Assembly (NCBI RefSeq): GCF_037042905.1
Contig: NC_087251.1
Location: forward strand, 29,824,001-29,888,000
Direction of reading: 5' to 3'
Length of the DNA: 64,000 nucleotides
Source of the DNA: Lytechinus pictus
Lineage: Eukaryota
Below the pieces are notes generated by a model that saw only the letters and a list, made by a program, of their open reading frames with translations, was not told the DNA's origin and searched no databases. Below are positions 60,301 through 64,000 of the stretch, piece after piece (the stretch's first letter is position 1; each line of letters opens with the position of its first letter). The position numbers and the translations under genes were made by a program.

Positions 60301-62320
60301 TGAGTTTTCTGATGCCAATCCATCTCAATGATGTTAGCCGTATGAATCACTACTCTCATTCCATTAGCATAGAGAAGAAACATCATCTTACTGAGAGAAA
60401 TAAAAATTAGATTATGTCAGAGTCAATGGTCCATGTTAACAACAGTGAACTGGGCCCCCATAACACAAAACTTAGTAATTGATTGTGGGGCCGATTTTTA
60501 TGATTGATCATACACAGTAATCAATGCAATCAATCCTAGAAACCAGCCCCATGATCAAAGACTACGCTTTTTAATACAGGGTCCTGTAATGAAAGGCATG
60601 ATTCAGATGTTGTTTAAAGGACAAGTCCACCCCAACAAGAAGTTGATTTGAATAAAAAGAGAAAAACCCAACAAGAATAACACTGAAAATTTCATCAAAA
60701 TCGGATGTAAAATAAGAAAGTTATGACATCTTAAAATTTCACTTATTTTCACAAAAGTTATATGCACATCCCGGTCGGTATGCAAATGAGGGAACTGATG
60801 ACATCACTCACTCACTATTACTTTTGTATTTTATTACATGAAATATAATTTTTTCAAATTTTCTCCTCATTGTCCTGTGATACAAAGTTTTATTTCTCCC
60901 TGAACATGTTGAATTACCATTGTTTTTAATTTTATGGTTCAGTCAAGTTGGTCCTTATTGTCAAATCTGTAAAAATTGAAATATTGTTTAATTCAAACAA
61001 TAAAAAACAAAAGAAATAGTGAGTGAGGGACGTCATCAATTCTCTAATTTGCATGTGGCTAAATTGTGCATATGGGCTATTCCAAGGTTACCCACGTTAC
61101 ATTTGGAGACACCTTGACTCATACTTGGAGCTGTAACTCCATTATTATTGATAGGAACTAAACATCTCTTTATCACAACATAGTACGCAGTCTGACTATC
61201 CTTTGTATAAAAACAAAACTTGGGAAATTTAATTATGCTCCTGGCAAATCTTTGAAATGTGTCGGTTACTCATGTTACATGATTTGGACATGCGAAAAGT
61301 GGACATAAGTGAAAAGTGTCCTCATACAAGGCTTTTATGAAAGTTGATTATATCCATTTCAAAGAAGTATATTCGGGAGACAAATTTGTATATAATTCAA
61401 AAAATAAAGAACACATGATTTTTACTAGGGGTGCAGATAAAGTGGTTACTCACGTTACGGTTCAGATGGGCTATATGTACAAAGACACATTGAGCTCATG
61501 TCCACCAACCTATGGAATTGCCCATATAACTATTTTGTGAAAAATAAGTGAAACTTTAAGATGTCATAACTTTCTTATTTTACATCCGATTTTGATGAAA
61601 TATTCAGCATTATGCTTGTCTGATTTTTCTCTATTGATTCAAATCAACATTTTTCTGAGGTGGACTTGACCTTTAACTTTGGATGGGCAATTGTGACAAT
61701 TTTATAATTTGTCATTTTCTTATATTTTCTGGACTTCTGGGGGATGTTTCACAAAGATTCTAGTTATAGGTCGATCAGCTGGATCCTGCAGCATGCTGAT
61801 TGATAATATGATTTTATTTTCCCTCTGCGCTTAAAAGAGGAAGCTACATGAAACATGAAACTGCAGTGGGCCAATTGTCTGCACCATATGCTTGCAAGAT
61901 CCCAAAGCATGCTAGTTTATATATTTTTTAAGTTTTTCTTCATATCTGTAACACAATTTCCCTTAAAATTGGATTGTTGTTATCAAAATTGAGGTTAAAA
62001 CTATTTTTTGAAGTCTAGTCCCTACCTAAGCATCAATATCTTAACTTCTATTGGAAGTGGATGTAGAAGTAACTTCTGACGGTTTCCATTGCAAAAATAC
62101 TAATCCATATGGAGGCTTCATATTACATCTTCATGAAGCTTCCTTACTCATGGACATAGAAGCAATCAATCTCTTCATTATATCTTACCTATGGTGTGTA
62201 CCATACATAATATCAAGCCTTGCCTGACATAGTTTAATGTTAGGGAATGGATGCGCTGCTTCATGAAGTGCTATTTTTCCTTCCCTCTGCTCTCCATGTA
62301 CAATCAGTAATGGTTTATCT
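45224..62320 (-). CDS. TDP1: tyrosyl-DNA phosphodiesterase 1, 3' ten coding exons (5' exons not found in this window)
   Basis: Exons 62320-62189, 60390-60298, 59634-59461, 58897-58819, 58382-58191, 57130-57015, 56353-56246, 52378-52276, 45899-45803 and 45303-45224 splice GT-AG in phase. Product: DKPLLIVHG...[13 protein letters not shown]...[16 protein letters not shown]...[10 protein letters not shown]...[13 protein letters not shown]...PHIKSY...[11 protein letters not shown]...IRSYEIGV...DRPWIWD...WVPGRR*. Contains both HxK motifs of the phospholipase D superfamily. Confidence 0.96.
45411..45433. mobile_element. 23-bp P-element-type remnant (two TIR tips) with 7-bp TSD ATTAGAT
   Basis: attagat|CATGGAGCTAT-C-ATAGCTCCATG|attagat. 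The termini match the 53440-55789 element. Confidence 0.8.
45803..45899 (-). CDS. TDP1: TDP1 exon ([32 protein letters not shown])
   Basis: AG/GT boundaries, phase consistent with neighbouring exons. Confidence 0.88.
47292..47543. repeat. near-perfect tandem duplication of a ~126-bp unit
   Basis: gaaagggtaaaattaatcacatacatgtaggtg...gatcaagattgaactaa occurs twice head to tail. Confidence 0.92.
49113..49672. mobile_element. Kolobok-type MITE
   Basis: ggggcaagtccacccc ... ggggcaaacttgtcct|ttaa. Confidence 0.78.
49893..50150. mobile_element. small GGGCCC-ended MITE (Harbinger-like)
   Basis: ggccccatcttacaaaaagttg / caactctttataagacggggcc inverted ends. Similar small palindromic MITEs occur at ~51360-51518, 52026-52230, 52943-53163 and 60450-60585. 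Confidence 0.55.
50945..51720. mobile_element. Tc1/mariner-like MITE with ~40-bp TIRs, containing a nested palindromic MITE
   Basis: ccgtgtgagtaaaaaaaaacttgacacctcacaaatcccca / tggggatttgtgaggtgtcaagttttttttactcacatgg. Confidence 0.78.
52276..52378 (-). CDS. TDP1: TDP1 exon ([35 protein letters not shown])
   Basis: Highly conserved TDP1 block with AG/GT boundaries. Confidence 0.95.
52570..52880 (-). pseudogene. L2/CR1-group LINE 3' remnant
   Basis: Minus-strand translation [26 protein letters not shown], followed by a (TAT)n-like tail. Confidence 0.6.
53440..55789. mobile_element. P-superfamily-like non-autonomous element (CATRG termini, 7-bp TSD GTTCAAT)
   Basis: gttcaat|catagagctattaacagaaggaga ... 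tctccttctcttaatagctccatg|gttcaat. Confidence 0.82.
53850..54605. repeat. GA-rich low-complexity polypurine tract
   Basis: Almost exclusively A/G on the + strand. It produces spurious F/S/L-rich and K/E/R-rich ORFs. Confidence 0.9.
56246..56353 (-). CDS. TDP1: TDP1 exon with second catalytic HxK ([35 protein letters not shown])
   Basis: PHIK motif, AG/GT boundaries. Confidence 0.95.
57015..57130 (-). CDS. TDP1: TDP1 exon ([38 protein letters not shown])
   Basis: Conserved TDP1 block with AG/GT boundaries. Confidence 0.95.
57250..57569. mobile_element. hAT-like MITE with TTCCATGAC subterminal repeats and 5-bp TSD GCTTA
   Basis: gctta|cagggttcccacag ... ctgtgggaaccctg|gctta. Confidence 0.82.
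58191..58382 (-). CDS. TDP1: TDP1 exon (ILRQYG...[25 protein letters not shown]...MKL)
   Basis: Conserved [10 protein letters not shown], phase 0-0. Confidence 0.95.
58819..58897 (-). CDS. TDP1: TDP1 exon ([26 protein letters not shown])
   Basis: Conserved SxPG..WGH, AG/GT boundaries. Confidence 0.94.
59461..59634 (-). CDS. TDP1: TDP1 exon (VWISPLFPK...[18 protein letters not shown]...HDLSGA)
   Basis: Conserved TDP1 block with AG/GT boundaries. Confidence 0.95.
60298..60390 (-). CDS. TDP1: TDP1 exon ([31 protein letters not shown])
   Basis: Completes the first HxK motif (HSK) across the splice junction. Confidence 0.95.
60618..61672. mobile_element. Kolobok-type MITE (TTAA TSD) with a nested insertion
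   Basis: ttaa|aggacaagtccacccc ... ggtggacttgacct|ttaa. Confidence 0.87.
61074..61523. mobile_element. nested MITE with GGGC(T/A)ATTCCA termini and ATAT duplication (Sola-like)
   Basis: atat|gggctattcca ... tggaattgccc|atat. Removing it restores tgtgcatataactattttgtg, close to the uninterrupted sister copy near 31080. Confidence 0.78.
62189..62320 (-). CDS. TDP1: TDP1 exon ([43 protein letters not shown])
   Basis: Ends at the catalytic histidine (GTHH), AG/GT boundaries. Confidence 0.95.
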
Positions 62321-63202
62321 CTGGAACAGAGAATAAATTACAGGAATTTACATGATTTTGAGTTTCAATTGATCAGAAAAAAAAATTATTATTTCCTCTG
62401 CTTCTGAATCCTCTGCTTCTGATGAGATCATATTTCTGATCCTTTTACTTAGGGTTTATGTCGGTAAAGGGTGGACACAATGCATAATTTTTACAATGAT
62501 ATCAGTTAAAGTTCATGTCCAACTTAACAAGTTGATTAGAAAATTTTGAACAAATATGGTAAAAAAAACATAGCATTGCATTTAACTAGGATATCAAAGA
62601 AGAAATGTATTGAATTAAGTTTAGATTATTTTTCACAAATTATTTTAGTAAACATCATGATTGGAATACAACTGATTAAAACAAAGAAATTCATTCTGTT
62701 TTTTATTTCATTTTATTTTTTCTTCAGTTTTTATTGATTTGATATGGAGAAGCTCTGAACTAAAGCACAATAGCTTACAATGATGATGGTCTTCAAGGTT
62801 CAGTAAAGAGTAAAACCATGGTTCATATTTTAGGATAAAGGTGTAAATATTTGAAATTTAGAAGAAAAAAAATGAACTGTGTGGCACCATCAGCACTCTT
62901 ACGTGTATACTGCTTGTATTGTGCAGAAAACTTTCATGAGAGACAACTTGAATTAATATTCATCTGGTTTTGAAAATTGTCATGCTAGACTTATTTCTCA
63001 TTATTATTCAAACAAACAAATATGTTTGAGTGCAATCAAACTTAATAGAAATTTATCAAACATTTAATGCATCTGAACTCTCTAGGCTAGGTTTGGCTGT
63101 ATGCAAACCAAGCAACCACCCCTGTAAACCAAACTAATGGCCAGGCAATCTAGGTTCTTGTGTCAATCCCCTTACAAATCTTTGTACAAACCCAGTATAC
63201 AA

Positions 63203-63361
63203 ATGATGCATGGGTTAGAGTGGGTCAGTAGGAACTGTGTGCACAAGGTAACTTTGGCATGGTTTAACCCACGAGGCGCAGCCGAGTGGGTTTAGACCAT
63301 AATGCCAAAGTTACCGCGTGCACACAGTTCCACTGACCCACGAAAGAAACCCATGCATCAT
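63203..63361. repeat. ~160-bp near-perfect palindrome with central cacgaggcgcagccgagtg
   Basis: atgatgcatggg..gtgggtcagt.ggaactgtgtgcac..ggtaactttggcat.. is mirrored on the right arm. Confidence 0.85.
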
Positions 63362-63411
63362 CTGTTTTATAGAATGGAAAAATTTTATTGAATAAACCAC
63401 AAAAATTAATG

Positions 63412-63569
63412 ATTTACCGGATGCATGATAATTTCATGCGTCCAGTAAACTCAATTTACTGGACGCATGAAAATATTTACTGGACGCATGATTTTTTTTA
63501 CTGGATGCATGATTTTTTACCGGATGCATGAAAATTCCAAAATGTAATGCAGACCCTTTGATAACCCTG
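63412..63569. repeat. cluster of six TTTAC(C/T)GGA(C/T)GCATGA motifs ending in ...aaccctg (likely hAT-type subterminal repeats)
   Basis: Five direct copies and one inverted copy within ~125 bp. Confidence 0.65.
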
Positions 63570-64000
63570 GAAAACATAAATATGTATGCCTAACTTGATA
63601 ATATGTTGGCACAAAGGCATCATTATACCCAAAATGCCAGATACAGCTTTGCATTGACTAGATCTATGACTTTTATGAGGCAGCCATAGCTGTGTGTGTA
63701 TGCCCGGGCCGCTCCGGTGGCCAGTGCCTACGGCTGCCTGGGCCCGCACTGGAGATTTGGCTGTGCACAGCCAGCCCAGGGCAGTGCCAGTAGATCTATA
63801 AACGTTAGATCGTATGTCTGGACTTCTCAACTAACGAGTATGCAGGCAGTTTTAATCCCTATGACAATTACGGTAACGTATTTGTACTTACAGATCATTT
63901 TGCATCCTTTATTTGATTCATTCTGCCTTGATCGAAAATTCAAAATTTTGACGTAAACAAGCGTAACAGTACATGCGCGATGACATCACAATGACCTTTT

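Noticed and set aside
62899..62935. Possible further TDP1 exon (donor-like cttac; frame reads FSAQYKQYT)
   Set aside because: It does not reproduce the expected conserved FNY..D..WL segment, and no convincing acceptor or phase was found.

Overview
AT-rich, repeat-dense eukaryotic genomic DNA. The spliced genes and repeat types suggest a marine invertebrate, probably an echinoderm such as a sea urchin (inference). Two host genes lie on the minus strand: (1) the 3' ten coding exons of TDP1 (tyrosyl-DNA phosphodiesterase 1, 62320->45224), assembled by hand with consistent GT-AG phases and both catalytic HxK motifs; (2) a class A neuropeptide-receptor-like GPCR with an uninterrupted CDS (24369->23134). 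Most of the rest is transposon-derived. A 5'-truncated CR1/L2-group LINE (129-3045) has an empty paralogous site at 35.7 kb. A ~15 kb TAG...CTA terminal-inverted-repeat element (5352-20460, Academ-like) encloses a head-to-tail array of three Tx1-clade retrotransposons, one with an intact 1249-aa EN-RT-CCHC ORF and both internal junctions reading poly(A)-GAAG, plus a ~207-bp satellite. Also present are a foldback element, many nested MITEs (Kolobok, hAT, Tc1/mariner, piggyBac-like, Sola-like, Helentron-type), a P-like element, and a 23-bp P-type excision footprint. No prokaryotic features, CRISPR arrays, rRNA or tRNA were recognised.
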